From Phormidium sp. (GTDB taxonomy: Bacteria > Cyanobacteriota > Cyanobacteriia > Cyanobacteriales > Aerosakkonemataceae), in contig CP143273.1 of assembly GCA_051013385.1 (NCBI GenBank), forward strand, positions 1,376,001 through 1,440,000: a stretch of DNA of 64,000 nt, read 5' to 3'. Positions 1-9,733 of this stretch are shown piece after piece (position 1 is the first letter of the stretch; each line of letters opens with the position of its first letter). The notes under the pieces were generated by a model that did not search any database, was not told the origin of the DNA, and saw only the letters and a list, made by a program, of their open reading frames with translations. A program made the position numbers and the translations under genes.

Positions 1-73
1 GGTGATAATAAAACTTCGGTAAACCACGCTAAGAAAACACAGAAAAACAGGGTTCCTAACAACCATTTTTGTT

Positions 74-1408
74 TCATGAAACAGCAACCCCAAATTTTTG
101 AAATACATTAGAATGGTTTACGGGATACAATGTTTTACCTGTCAAAGAGTTAATAATGACAGCGTTGCGATATGCGCCAAGTCCTAAATCTGGTGCGCCA
201 ATTCCGTGAGTGTGCAATTCGCTATTCTGCACAAAAATTTTATTAACAACTGGTTTTGTTAGGCGAACTTGATAGTCAAAACTAACGTTGTAACGTCCTG
301 AATTATCCCATTCAATTAAATTTTGCAATCCAGAAATGCAGGTAGGAATTGCATGATGATATCCAGTTGCAAGGATAATACAATCGGTTTCGTGATTGAT
401 ACGTTCGCCTTGTTGTTGATGGCGATATCCGATTTGGTAGCGAGTTCCGTTAGGTGTAGAAACGAGGGTAACTTCTTTCGCTTCTAATAGAGGAAGTAGT
501 TGAATGGGAGGTTTTTTCCCAGCAATTGTGCGTTCGTAAAGTAAGTCGTAAATTTTGGTGATTGTTTCGTGACTAATACCTTTGTAAAAGAAGGTTTGTT
601 GTTGTAAGATTTGCGATCGCACTTGGGCCGACAAATGATAAAAGTAGCGAATGTAGTCTGGCGAAAAGTGTTCTAAGGCGAGTTTGGTATACTCCATCGG
701 TAAAAAACTGCTAGAACGAGTATGCCAATGCAGTTGATAACCGTAAGTTTCTTGTTCAACGAGGAGTTCGTAAAAGACTTCAGCGGCACTTTGACCTGAC
801 CCTAATATGGTAACAGATTGGGAAGTGCGGGGGCGATCGCGTTTATGCAAAAACTCAGCTGAATGAAAAATATTTTCCGCAGATAAAGCATTTTTGAAAC
901 AATTTGGAACTTGGGGAACGCTACCAACTCCTAATACTAAATGTCGCGTCAAATAAGTTTCAATTTTTTGTGAGGAAATCTCTCGAACTTGTACTTCAAA
1001 ATAGCTTTCTTCTGACGTTTCTTGCCAAGAAATACTTTCCACCCGTTGTCCAAATCGACAACTTTCTAATTGATTCGCTACCCATTGACAATAATGGTTA
1101 TATTCCTGGCGCGGAATCTGAAAACGTTCCAAAATGTAGAAGTGGTAAAGCCGTGATTGTTCCTGTAAATAATTTAGGTAACTAAAACGGCTACTAGGGT
1201 TAACCATTGTTACCAAATCGGCTAAAAAGGAAACTTGAATTGTTGATCCTTCAATTAATAAACCCGAATGCCAAATAAACTCAGGTTTTTGTTCTAAAAA
1301 CAGTGCTTTCACCCCGGAAATTGGTTCGAGTAATGCTGCTAACCCTAAATTAAATGGCCCAATTCCTACACCCAAAATATCGTAAATCTCTTTAGCCATG
1401 AATTTCAC
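74..1408 (-). CDS. Flavin-dependent amine N-monooxygenase (IucD/RhbE family), siderophore biosynthesis
   Basis: FAD motif GVGIGPFNLGLA, NADPH motif ILGSGQSAAE, ILATGY, HTHGIGAPDL; sits in the NIS cluster. Confidence 0.93.
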   Translation of the reverse strand: MKFMAKEIYDILGVGIGPFNLGLAALLEPISGVKALFLEQKPEFIWHSGLLIEGSTIQVSFLADLVTMVNPSSRFSYLNYLQEQSRLYHFYILERFQIPRQEYNHYCQWVANQLESCRFGQRVESISWQETSEESYFEVQVREISSQKIETYLTRHLVLGVGSVPQVPNCFKNALSAENIFHSAEFLHKRDRPRTSQSVTILGSGQSAAEVFYELLVEQETYGYQLHWHTRSSSFLPMEYTKLALEHFSPDYIRYFYHLSAQVRSQILQQQTFFYKGISHETITKIYDLLYERTIAGKKPPIQLLPLLEAKEVTLVSTPNGTRYQIGYRHQQQGERINHETDCIILATGYHHAIPTCISGLQNLIEWDNSGRYNVSFDYQVRLTKPVVNKIFVQNSELHTHGIGAPDLGLGAYRNAVIINSLTGKTLYPVNHSNVFQKFGVAVS

Positions 1409-2006
1409 TCTTTAAGAAACGTTTTCTCTCACAAAACATCAAAGCTGCGCGTTTATCAGGTAACTCAATTTCTCGTTGCAACTCAAAACCGCAGCGGGTA
1501 AAAACATGAATCATTTTTGAGTTACGGATATCCGGTTCTGCAATTACTTTTTCAGTTGCAGAATGTTGAAACAAAAACTCAGTCATGGCGCGTAGCAAGG
1601 GTAAAGCATAGCCTTTCCCTAAAAAGTTTGGTTCACCAATTAATAGATGAATTCCTCGATCTTCGGGATGAAATTCGTAAGCTTTGGCGACAATATCTCC
1701 TGCTACCCAGTAAGTTTCCCAGTAACTCATTGGTACGCCATCTAAACAACCAATATAAAGGCTTTGATGGGTGTCAGATAATGCGTTTTGCAAGTGTTTT
1801 TTCATTGATTCTAAATCAAGCGCCAAATTCCAAAAAGGAATTACATGGGGTTGATTCATCCAGTTGTGAATTAAAGGCAAATCTTCGTCTAACACAACCA
1901 GACGAAAGGCAATTGTTTTGGCAATGTTTGGGTCAAAATTTTCCCAAACATTGCGCGAATCTCTCGATGGAGAATAGGCAACAGTTGAGTTGAGTAAAGT
2001 CATCAA
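1392..2006 (-). CDS. Siderophore N-acyltransferase (IucB/RhbD-like GNAT)
   Basis: WMNQPHVIPFW, DRGIHLLIGE, AEPDIRN motifs; overlaps the monooxygenase start. Confidence 0.9.
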   Translation of the reverse strand: MMTLLNSTVAYSPSRDSRNVWENFDPNIAKTIAFRLVVLDEDLPLIHNWMNQPHVIPFWNLALDLESMKKHLQNALSDTHQSLYIGCLDGVPMSYWETYWVAGDIVAKAYEFHPEDRGIHLLIGEPNFLGKGYALPLLRAMTEFLFQHSATEKVIAEPDIRNSKMIHVFTRCGFELQREIELPDKRAALMFCERKRFLKSEIHG

Positions 2007-2014
2007 TTTTTCTA

Positions 2015-3808
2015 TTAAATAGCTAAGGGATTTTGAATTGTGACGTAAACAGATTGAGTTGCAACTGAACCAACTAATTCATCCATGTCGTGAAATCGAG
2101 TTAGTAAGTTACCTTTGCATCGCAGTTGAGATTGAGTTAGTAAGTTTTCCAAGAATTTAGAACAGCCTTGTTCTAGAGATAAGTGCTTTTCTAAGGCTTT
2201 TCTTACCTCTAAAATTAGCAAGTGTTCATCGATTAATTCAGCTACGCCAAAGGCATTTACTAAACCTAGTAAATTATTCATTACCAGGTAATAGCCTAAA
2301 CGTTCGTCAATTACTGCATCTTCACAAAAGGTCTGGCTTTTCTCGCTAATTCCTGGCAGAATTGTTTCTAAGTTTTGCCGGAAAGATTCCCGATAGTAGT
2401 AACCTTGGTTGTCTCGATAAAAGAATTTATCGGGATAGCCATCTTTTAACTGAAGTACGCTATTTTGTTGATGTGCTTCTACAGCAATTCCGTAGGTAAA
2501 ATATAACCAAAGAATGGGTTCTAAGCAAAGTTTTAAATAACGTTGAAACCAATCTAAAGCTACATCTGCCGTTAGCCGTTTTTCTTGTTGCGCTAATTGC
2601 TGAATAATTGCTGCAAGTCGCGAACCTTCTCCGGTAATTTTATCCTGACATAAAGAGATTATACAAGTCGCATCGGTTTGATCGGAAAAGGGATTTTCTC
2701 GCAGAACTGTGGCAAATCCAGAAGTTAATTCTTCTTCTCCTTTAATAGTAATATAAGCTGGATCTTTTACAATCTGAAATTCGGGAAATTTTTGCTGAAG
2801 TTCTTGTCCAATTTCGGTGTCGAGAATGCGAGAAATTTCTCCGCCTCTTTCTAATTCTTTGTAAAGATTTGCTCTTAAGGAATTAGTAATTTTTACATTC
2901 AAGGAAAACTTGAACATAAATGAGGAATTAGGATGATAAACTGTGCGAATTGAAGAAGTAGGAAAATAAGCTTTTCCTTGTTGTCCTAAATCTTCTAATA
3001 AGCCTTGTGCAAGTAGTTTTTGTACAGCAGGTTTACGCTTTAAAAATTGTGCTTGCCAAGGATGAACGGGAATTAGCGAATATTCATCAGTTTGACAGTA
3101 TTTTTGTTTGAATTCTGTTGCAACTTCAGCATCAGCTAAAAGTTCGTTTTTGATTAAGTGTGTTGCTGTTTGGTTTGAGTTTGAATCTTCCTGAATTATA
3201 GACTGGTGTGCGCGGAAATAATAGGAGGAAAAACTACCTTTTAATTCTGGAGAGTAAAGCGGTAAATCTTCCTCAGAAAAACCTTGACGGCTTTTAGGTG
3301 TCGGGTGTAAATGATGTCCGAAAACTAAGGCTTGTTCAGTTTCCCTAAATGAACGTTTAAATCCATACAACTCAGAAATTTCTGCGAAACGATGTTGAAC
3401 AAACTGTTCAATATTCCGGCAACTTTGCACCACTCGCAATAATAACTCATCCTGATGTCCATTCTGATTACTAGCCAACATTAACTCTTTAGTAATGAGT
3501 GCAGTTAAAGTGACATAATCGAGTGGTAAAAGCTCAGTTTTTCCTAAAGATTGGTAATAGATGGGAAAACTAAAAATATGCCGTCCTGTAGGAGAGTAAT
3601 AACGTAATCCTGCTAGTATCTCAATGTTTTGATGAGATAAAGCACAGGCAATTAAAGAATCCGTTCCTAATTTTGACGATCGCAAAAACTCCCCCTTACC
3701 ACTCTCCCTCAAATAACAGTTTAGGAAACTTTGCATCGTCGCCTGTTCAGCAATTTCTTTAGCTGAAAGAGATTGAAAAACCGTTGGATTAAGCGTTGCT
3801 TCAGTCAT
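2015..3808 (-). CDS. IucA/IucC family NRPS-independent siderophore synthetase (RhbC-like)
   Basis: EQALVFGHHLHPTPKSR, IPVHPWQ, PTSSIRT, KFSLNVKITNS, EAHQQNS, YRDNQG. Confidence 0.93.
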   Translation of the reverse strand: MTEATLNPTVFQSLSAKEIAEQATMQSFLNCYLRESGKGEFLRSSKLGTDSLIACALSHQNIEILAGLRYYSPTGRHIFSFPIYYQSLGKTELLPLDYVTLTALITKELMLASNQNGHQDELLLRVVQSCRNIEQFVQHRFAEISELYGFKRSFRETEQALVFGHHLHPTPKSRQGFSEEDLPLYSPELKGSFSSYYFRAHQSIIQEDSNSNQTATHLIKNELLADAEVATEFKQKYCQTDEYSLIPVHPWQAQFLKRKPAVQKLLAQGLLEDLGQQGKAYFPTSSIRTVYHPNSSFMFKFSLNVKITNSLRANLYKELERGGEISRILDTEIGQELQQKFPEFQIVKDPAYITIKGEEELTSGFATVLRENPFSDQTDATCIISLCQDKITGEGSRLAAIIQQLAQQEKRLTADVALDWFQRYLKLCLEPILWLYFTYGIAVEAHQQNSVLQLKDGYPDKFFYRDNQGYYYRESFRQNLETILPGISEKSQTFCEDAVIDERLGYYLVMNNLLGLVNAFGVAELIDEHLLILEVRKALEKHLSLEQGCSKFLENLLTQSQLRCKGNLLTRFHDMDELVGSVATQSVYVTIQNPLAI

Positions 3809-4017
3809 GGTGAATTAACTAGTAAAAAACAGCAATAGAAAACTCCATCTTCTCTCTGCGTTCTCTGCGTCTCTGTGGTTTTTAAATAAACCTATTGCAC
3901 AAGTCAGAGTTTTTTAGAACGCAGATGAAATACGATAATCTCGAATTAATTCTGAACTCTTCTTCTCTTTCTTCTCTTTCTTCGCGCTCTTTGCGTTCTT
4001 TGCGGTAAAAAAATTCT

Positions 4018-5517
4018 TCATTTATCGCTTAGAACTTGACCTATCTCTTTAATTCTCCGCAAAATTTCCTTGACATGAGTAAGAGTAGTGTGGGGATTAA
4101 GGAGAGTAAACTTCAAGTAAACTTTGTGATTAATTTGAGTTTGAGCAATAACAGCTTCTCCTGTTCCTAATAAAGTCAAACGAATTTGTTGGTTAATAAA
4201 ATTCGCCAACTCAGAATTTGACGGGAGATAACGAAAAACAACCGCATTAATCGTCGGAAAATTAGCCAATTCTAAATCCGAATCATCCTTAATTAAATTA
4301 GCAGTTGCTTGAGCAAGTTTTATCGTAGTTTCAATCATCTCTGCTAACTGCTTTTGTCCGATCGCCTGAAGCGTAACAAACAACTTCAACCCATCAAAAC
4401 GCCGGGTAGTTTGCACAGATTTAGTCACCAAATCCACCATCCCAAATTCCGTGTGACTTTCGGGATTTAAATAGTCAGCGTGCAACTTAATTAACTCAAA
4501 ATTCAAGCGATTTTTAAGTAAAAAAGCACCGCAACTAATCGGTTGGTAAAACAGTTTGTGGAAGTCAACAGCGATCGAATCCGCACCATCAATTCCCCTT
4601 AACAAATGAGAATATCGATCGCAAATCGCCAACGCACCCCCATACGCCGCATCAATGTGCAACCAAACTCCCAGTTCTTGGGCAATTTCACCGATCTCCC
4701 CTAACGGATCGATACTACCAAAATCAGTAGTACCCGCAGTCGCTACAATGGCGATCGGCAAACAACTCTCCTGCTTTAAAGCTTGCAAAGTCTCCTGCAA
4801 CTTCTCCACAGACATTCGATAGTCGGTATCAACTGCTACTGCAATTACCGCTTTTTCGCCTAAACCCAATTGCGCCGCAGCTTGGCGAACTGTGAAATGA
4901 GCAACTTCGGAACAGAGAATGCGGAAACGAGACGCTTCTGGTGGTAAACCCTGCTGTTGAATCGACCAATTTAGGTGGTTTAAGGCAAAGCGATCGCGTG
5001 CCAGCAGCAATCCCATAAAATTAGACTGCGTACCACCACTGGTAAAAACCCCGTCTGCCATCTCCCCAAAACCAAACCACGCACAGACTTGACGAATCAT
5101 CTGCTGTTCTAAGTGCGTCGCCACTGCACTCTGATCCCAGGAATCCATCGACTGATTCATCCCACTGATCAGCACTTCCGCTGCTAAAGCGGGAATCCCT
5201 GGGGGACAATGCAGGTGGGCGACACAGGCGGGATGGGAAACCACAACTGAGTTATTGAGAATAATTTTAGCAGTAGTGTGTAATACTTGTTGCAAATCTT
5301 TCCCAACTTTTGGACAAAAATAAAAATTGTCTAAAGCCGTAGCTAAATCTTCTGGAGATTTGCCACTATAAGGTTGAGACTGTGCCGCAAAGTGACTAAT
5401 CAGCAATTCCTGTGCTGTAGCGATCGCCTCTCGATACGCCGCCCAACTTGCTTCCGAATTCCCCAACAATTCAGCATCAAAGCACTGGTGAGGCAGATTT
5501 TCCGGCAAACTCAACAT
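4018..5517 (-). CDS. ddc: PLP-dependent L-2,4-diaminobutyrate decarboxylase (RhbB/Ddc-like)
   Basis: GVFTSGGTQSN, ATAGTTDFGSID, HIDAAYGG, DFHK (PLP lysine). Confidence 0.88.
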   Translation of the reverse strand: MLSLPENLPHQCFDAELLGNSEASWAAYREAIATAQELLISHFAAQSQPYSGKSPEDLATALDNFYFCPKVGKDLQQVLHTTAKIILNNSVVVSHPACVAHLHCPPGIPALAAEVLISGMNQSMDSWDQSAVATHLEQQMIRQVCAWFGFGEMADGVFTSGGTQSNFMGLLLARDRFALNHLNWSIQQQGLPPEASRFRILCSEVAHFTVRQAAAQLGLGEKAVIAVAVDTDYRMSVEKLQETLQALKQESCLPIAIVATAGTTDFGSIDPLGEIGEIAQELGVWLHIDAAYGGALAICDRYSHLLRGIDGADSIAVDFHKLFYQPISCGAFLLKNRLNFELIKLHADYLNPESHTEFGMVDLVTKSVQTTRRFDGLKLFVTLQAIGQKQLAEMIETTIKLAQATANLIKDDSDLELANFPTINAVVFRYLPSNSELANFINQQIRLTLLGTGEAVIAQTQINHKVYLKFTLLNPHTTLTHVKEILRRIKEIGQVLSDK

Positions 5518-6965
5518 TAACTCACCTCTGCTAAAACTTGCGATTCTGCCGCTTGAACTGCTGCCGCAAAAATCCCGCTAATACTGTCAATTTGTTCCGA
5601 TGTGACGATTAATGGCGGTAAAAAGCGCACTACGCTGCTAAATCGTCCTCCTAATTCCAAAATTAGCCCTCTTTTTAAACATTCCGCTTGAATCCGCTGC
5701 GCCATCGCTGGATAAGCAGGATATTTCTCGCCGCACATTGGCGCATCCGTATTTACCACTTCCACCCCAATCATTAACCCACGTCCGCGCACATTACCCA
5801 TGCAGCGAGTCTGTTGTTGAATGCTTTCCAGATGTTGCAATAGGCGATCGCCCATTTTCGTCGCCCAATCCATCAATCGATGTTCCAAAATATAGTTCAG
5901 CGTTGCAATCCCCGCTGCCATCGCCAATTGATTGCCGCGAAAGGTTCCCGCGTGTGCCCCTGGTTCCCAGCAATCCAGGTTTTCTCGGTACAACACCACC
6001 GAAAGCGGCAAACTTCCGCCGATCGCTTTCGAGAGTAACACCACATCTGGCACAATTCCCGAATGCTCAAAAGCGTATAATTTCCCCGTTCTGCCCCATC
6101 CTGTTTGAATTTCATCCACAATTAGGGGTATATTTCGCTCTTGCGTCATTTTGCGAATTTCCTGTACCCAAGCATCCGGCGCAGGAATCGCCCCCCCTTC
6201 ACCTTGAACAATTTCTAAAATCATCCCTGCTGGGTGGTTAATGCCGCTTTCTGGATCGTCCAAAACGTGCTGAATATAATGACTGCTGAGGCGATGTCCC
6301 GCTTCTCCGCCAACGCCAAAGGGACAGCGATAATCGGAAGGATAGGGCAGAAAGTGAACATCGCTCATCAATCCAGCGATCGCTGCTTTCGGTGCCAGCT
6401 TACCCGTCAGACTCAATGCCCCGTGAGTCATCCCATGATAACCGCCGTGAAATGACAGCATGGTGCGTCTTCCGGTAGCAGTTTTCACCAGTTTAACCGC
6501 AGCTTCCACCGCATCTGCCCCAGAAGGCCCACAAAACTGAATCCGCGCCTGTTCCGCAAAACTAGGAGGCAAACTGGCGAATAAGTCCTCGACAAATTGA
6601 TCTTTAATCGGTGTGGTTAAATCCAGAGTGTGCAAGGGGTAACTATCGTCTAAAACCTGTCGCATTGCTGCCAACACAACCGGATGATTGTGCCCCAAGG
6701 CGAGAGTTCCCGCACCTGCTAAACAGTCAAAATACTGCTTGCCGTCGGCATCAGTGATGAAAATCCCTTTGGCGGCGCGAATTGCTAAGGGAATTGAGCG
6801 CGGATAGCTGCGGGCGTTCGATTCCCTCTGTTTTTGGCGATCGAGGTATGCTTGCGATCGCCTCCCAGGTACAGGTCGTAAATCGCCGCCTGTATTATGG
6901 CAAATGTTAATTGGCTGTAAAAACTCCCGCTCTGGCGATGAGGAATTGTTGCAGGTTGGATGCAC
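5517..6965 (-). CDS. dat: Diaminobutyrate--2-oxoglutarate aminotransferase (RhbA/Dat-like); start codon approximate
   Basis: ESNARSYPR, DCLAGAGTLALGHNH, DEIQTG, SKAIGG, HAGTFRGNQ class III aminotransferase motifs. Confidence 0.9.
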   Translation of the reverse strand: MHPTCNNSSSPEREFLQPINICHNTGGDLRPVPGRRSQAYLDRQKQRESNARSYPRSIPLAIRAAKGIFITDADGKQYFDCLAGAGTLALGHNHPVVLAAMRQVLDDSYPLHTLDLTTPIKDQFVEDLFASLPPSFAEQARIQFCGPSGADAVEAAVKLVKTATGRRTMLSFHGGYHGMTHGALSLTGKLAPKAAIAGLMSDVHFLPYPSDYRCPFGVGGEAGHRLSSHYIQHVLDDPESGINHPAGMILEIVQGEGGAIPAPDAWVQEIRKMTQERNIPLIVDEIQTGWGRTGKLYAFEHSGIVPDVVLLSKAIGGSLPLSVVLYRENLDCWEPGAHAGTFRGNQLAMAAGIATLNYILEHRLMDWATKMGDRLLQHLESIQQQTRCMGNVRGRGLMIGVEVVNTDAPMCGEKYPAYPAMAQRIQAECLKRGLILELGGRFSSVVRFLPPLIVTSEQIDSISGIFAAAVQAAESQVLAEVS

Positions 6966-6998
6966 TTGTCATTCCCTTCAACGTAGTTTCTGAAAGTC

Positions 6999-7037
6999 AA
7001 GAGGATTTATTGAAAATTATTTTCAATAAATCCTCTT
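6999..7037. promoter_or_regulatory. Fur-box-like operator upstream of the siderophore operon
   Basis: Perfect 19-1-19 palindrome AAGAGGATTTATTGAAAAT-T-ATTTTCAATAAATCCTCTT; the core TGAAAAT-T-ATTTTCA differs from the 7-1-7 Fur consensus TGATAAT-N-ATTATCA at one position per arm. Confidence 0.8.
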
Positions 7038-7210
7038 AACTAAGTACAATATCATAAAGTCAAACGATAATTACTGTCAATAAGCTGATAGACAAGTTCA
7101 GGACTTTGGCTCTCTCAGTAAAAGCTTTACCTAAAATGTCGGATGAATGCCCCCGTTACAGCAATAGTACCGCCAAGCAAGTTTTGGAAACATTCCGAAT
7201 GTGCCAGAAG

Positions 7211-7238
7211 CCTACGCTTACCCGTAGGTAAGCGTAGG
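7211..7238 (-). terminator. Hairpin just after the iaaA stop (terminator or small repeat)
   Basis: 12-bp perfect stem CCTACGCTTACC/GGTAAGCGTAGG with 4-nt loop; no strong U tract. Confidence 0.45.
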
Positions 7239-7242
7239 TAGT

Positions 7243-8199
7243 TCACGAAATAGAATCTGTAAGATTAGTTCCAGACCATTCCAAAGTATCACCGATTCTT
7301 TCGCCAGTGTGATAGGCAGCTAAGAGAACTTCGCTAGTTTTGCCCCAGGCAATTGTACCAGAGCGATCGATCCCGATCGCCCCAAAATCCCGCTTATTCC
7401 TTGCACCTTCAGCAAAAGACTTTTCAAACGCTTGCAGCAAAGACAAACCATCAGTTACTCGAATCACAATTTTTGCTGCCAAACATTCATCGATGATATC
7501 TTCACCAATACCTGTACAACTAATAGCCGCTTGATTTGTGGCATAATTACCCGCAGGCATAGCCGAATCGCTAACTCTGCCGATGCGTTCAAAACCCTTA
7601 CCACCAGTAGAAGTGCCCGCCGCTAAATTTCCCTGACTATCAATAGCGACTACGCCAATAGTGCCACGTCCCGCCTCACTATCAACTAAAGCCTTTTCCG
7701 CCACAACTCCCGCAGCATCCTTGACAAAATTCTCATCCCGTTCCTGCATCCACTCTTGTAAACGGATATCAGTCAAAGGGTTATAAATGGGAAGTTGCAA
7801 CTCGCGCAGAAGTTCTCCCGAACCATAATCTGAGAGTACGCGATCCTCAGAAGCCTGTAAAGCCTCAGCCAATAAAACCGGATTCTGCACGCGAGAAACA
7901 TTAATCACACCGCTAAAACGCTGCATTGCGCCATTCATCAAAGACGCACTCATGCGAATTTGACCATCCGACTGTAACACCGAACCAGTACCAGCATTAA
8001 ACCGGGGATCATCCTCCAACAAACGACACCCACGAACCACTGCTGCGGTAGCACTTGCGCCCCCCAACAGCATCGGGTAAACTTCCTCCAACACCTTATA
8101 AAGAGACTTGCGGACAATCTCAACTCCTCCCTTACCCTTGAGAGAACTTCCCGCACCGCCATGAATAATAAGTTTAGGTTGCACCTGCTGTGCTGACAT
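7243..8199 (-). CDS. iaaA: Isoaspartyl peptidase/L-asparaginase (Ntn hydrolase); likely start at MSAQQ (8199), not 8262
   Basis: IIHGGAG, FNAGTGS, GTIGVVA (nucleophile Thr), TSTGG, GRVSDS, CTGIGE. Confidence 0.9.
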   Translation of the reverse strand: MSAQQVQPKLIIHGGAGSSLKGKGGVEIVRKSLYKVLEEVYPMLLGGASATAAVVRGCRLLEDDPRFNAGTGSVLQSDGQIRMSASLMNGAMQRFSGVINVSRVQNPVLLAEALQASEDRVLSDYGSGELLRELQLPIYNPLTDIRLQEWMQERDENFVKDAAGVVAEKALVDSEAGRGTIGVVAIDSQGNLAAGTSTGGKGFERIGRVSDSAMPAGNYATNQAAISCTGIGEDIIDECLAAKIVIRVTDGLSLLQAFEKSFAEGARNKRDFGAIGIDRSGTIAWGKTSEVLLAAYHTGERIGDTLEWSGTNLTDSIS

Positions 8200-8251
8200 T
8201 ACAATTAACCTCTCTAATTTCTTCCTCTGTGTCCTCTGCGCCTTGAGCGGT

Positions 8252-8416
8252 TCAATCTTCAAAACTAGAAGCTTGCGTGCGACGACGACGACAACGTTCC
8301 GAGCAATACTTCACATCATCCCAGCAATCGGCCCACTTTTTACGCCAAGCAAAGGGTCGTTGACAGACTGGACAAATTTTCGTTGGTAAGTCAGATTTAG
8401 AACGCTGCCTTGCCAT
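8252..8416 (-). CDS. DUF2256-like small Cys-rich protein (54 aa), absent from the ORF track
   Basis: Manual translation: MARQRSKSDLPTKICPVCQRPFAWRKKWADCWDDVKYCSERCRRRRTQASSFED. Confidence 0.85.
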   Translation of the reverse strand: MARQRSKSDLPTKICPVCQRPFAWRKKWADCWDDVKYCSERCRRRRTQASSFED

Positions 8417-8516
8417 AATCAAGTGAACGATGTTTTATAATAGATTGCTCTTCTCAATTTTAAAGAATTCCAGTCTTGTAGGATAGGCATCTTGCCTGTC
8501 ATCCCCAGTATTTAAC

Positions 8517-9365
8517 ATGGATGAAACAGCCTTAACCCGAATCAAGATAGTATTAGTCAGACCCCTTGGTGCTTTAAATGTGGGGTCAGTGGCGCGTGTG
8601 ATGAAAAACATGGGACTAACTCAGTTAGTGTTGGTAGAACCGCAATGCGATCGTTTGGGGGAAGAGGCGCGGAAAATGGCATTACACGCTTTAGATGTTC
8701 TCTCAGAGGCGAGGATAGTTGAGAGTATACCAGAAGCATTGGTTGGTTGCCAAAGAGCGATCGCCACTTCTGCCCGTTCCCGTCACTTATCCGTCATTCC
8801 AGAAAACCCCCGTACAGCCTTACCCTGGTTATTCGGCGCAGACTCATCCGCCTTAATTTTTGGCCCGGAAGACAAAGGCTTATCCAACGAAGATTTAAAA
8901 TACGCCCAAAGATTTGTGCAAATTCCTTCGAGTCCAGCCTATCCCTCATTAAATTTGGCGCAAGCCGTAGCAGTTTGCTGTTACGAGCTTTACCAAAACT
9001 GTTTAGAAAACCAAGAAGTAGCAAAGGCAGAGGTAGAGGAAAAAACCAACAAAGACACAGCCGCCTCTTTAGATGCTTTAGAGGGCTACTATCAACAATT
9101 AGAATCCTTACTCCTAAAAATTGGCTATCTTTACCCCCACACAGCAGAAAGCCGCATGGTAAAATTCCGCTTACTATTCAACCGCGCCCAACCCTCTGCC
9201 AAGGAAGTAGCAATGCTCAAAGGTATTATCAGCCAAATGGAATGGGCATTAGGCAGGGGGGCAGAGGGGCAGAGGGGCAGAGGGGCAGAGGGGCAGAGGG
9301 GCAGAGGGGCAGAGGGGCAGAGGGGCAGAGGGGCAGAGGGGCAGAGGGGCAAGGAAAGCCCTTAA
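8517..9365 (+). CDS. trmJ: SPOUT RNA methyltransferase, TrmJ/LasT family, with repeat-derived C-terminal tail
   Basis: NVGSVARVMKNMG, LIFGPEDKGL, YPSLNLAQAV. Confidence 0.88.
   Translation: MDETALTRIKIVLVRPLGALNVGSVARVMKNMGLTQLVLVEPQCDRLGEEARKMALHALDVLSEARIVESIPEALVGCQRAIATSARSRHLSVIPENPRTALPWLFGADSSALIFGPEDKGLSNEDLKYAQRFVQIPSSPAYPSLNLAQAVAVCCYELYQNCLENQEVAKAEVEEKTNKDTAASLDALEGYYQQLESLLLKIGYLYPHTAESRMVKFRLLFNRAQPSAKEVAMLKGIISQMEWALGRGAEGQRGRGAEGQRGRGAEGQRGRGAEGQRGKESP
9258..9351 (+). repeat. Tandem octamer GGGGCAGA, 11 full copies plus a partial
   Basis: Direct reading; lies inside the 3' end of the trmJ ORF. Confidence 0.95.
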
Positions 9366-9491
9366 CTGAGATAAGAGCACCACTCTCAACAAGACTTGAA
9401 AAACCGGGTTTATAAACGAAAAATCTAGGCTTTCAGGTTTAGTTATTGGCAAGAAACCCGGTTTTTAGCCTTGGTGCAAGATCTGAGTTAA
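9362..9491. mobile_element. MITE-like element of about 130 bp
   Basis: Imperfect terminal inverted repeats TTAACTGAGATAAGAGCACCA / TGGTGCAAGATCTGAGTTAA; internal IR AAAAACCGGGTTT/AAACCCGGTTTTT; inverted partial copy at about 39682-39783. Confidence 0.7.
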
Positions 9492-9555
9492 CTCAAAACT
9501 CAGAACTCAGAACTTTCTTCCCAACTCAAAACTCAAAACTTAAAACTCAAAACTT
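9490..9555 (+). repeat. Degenerate heptamer array (AAAACTC/AGAACTC)
   Basis: Direct reading. Confidence 0.8.
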
Positions 9556-9733
9556 TGCCCAGTCCCCTTTCTCCTGACAAGAAGTTAAAAAAACAGTAAT
9601 TATTCTTATCGATTTGAGGCTATTTTGGTGTAAATTTCCTTTGTACTGATTTTCGGTAGCATCATTCCCAAAGACTTTGTATAGTGGGAGCGATCGCTGG
9701 GATTTTCTAGTTCTTGGTGGAATACTTTAAGAG

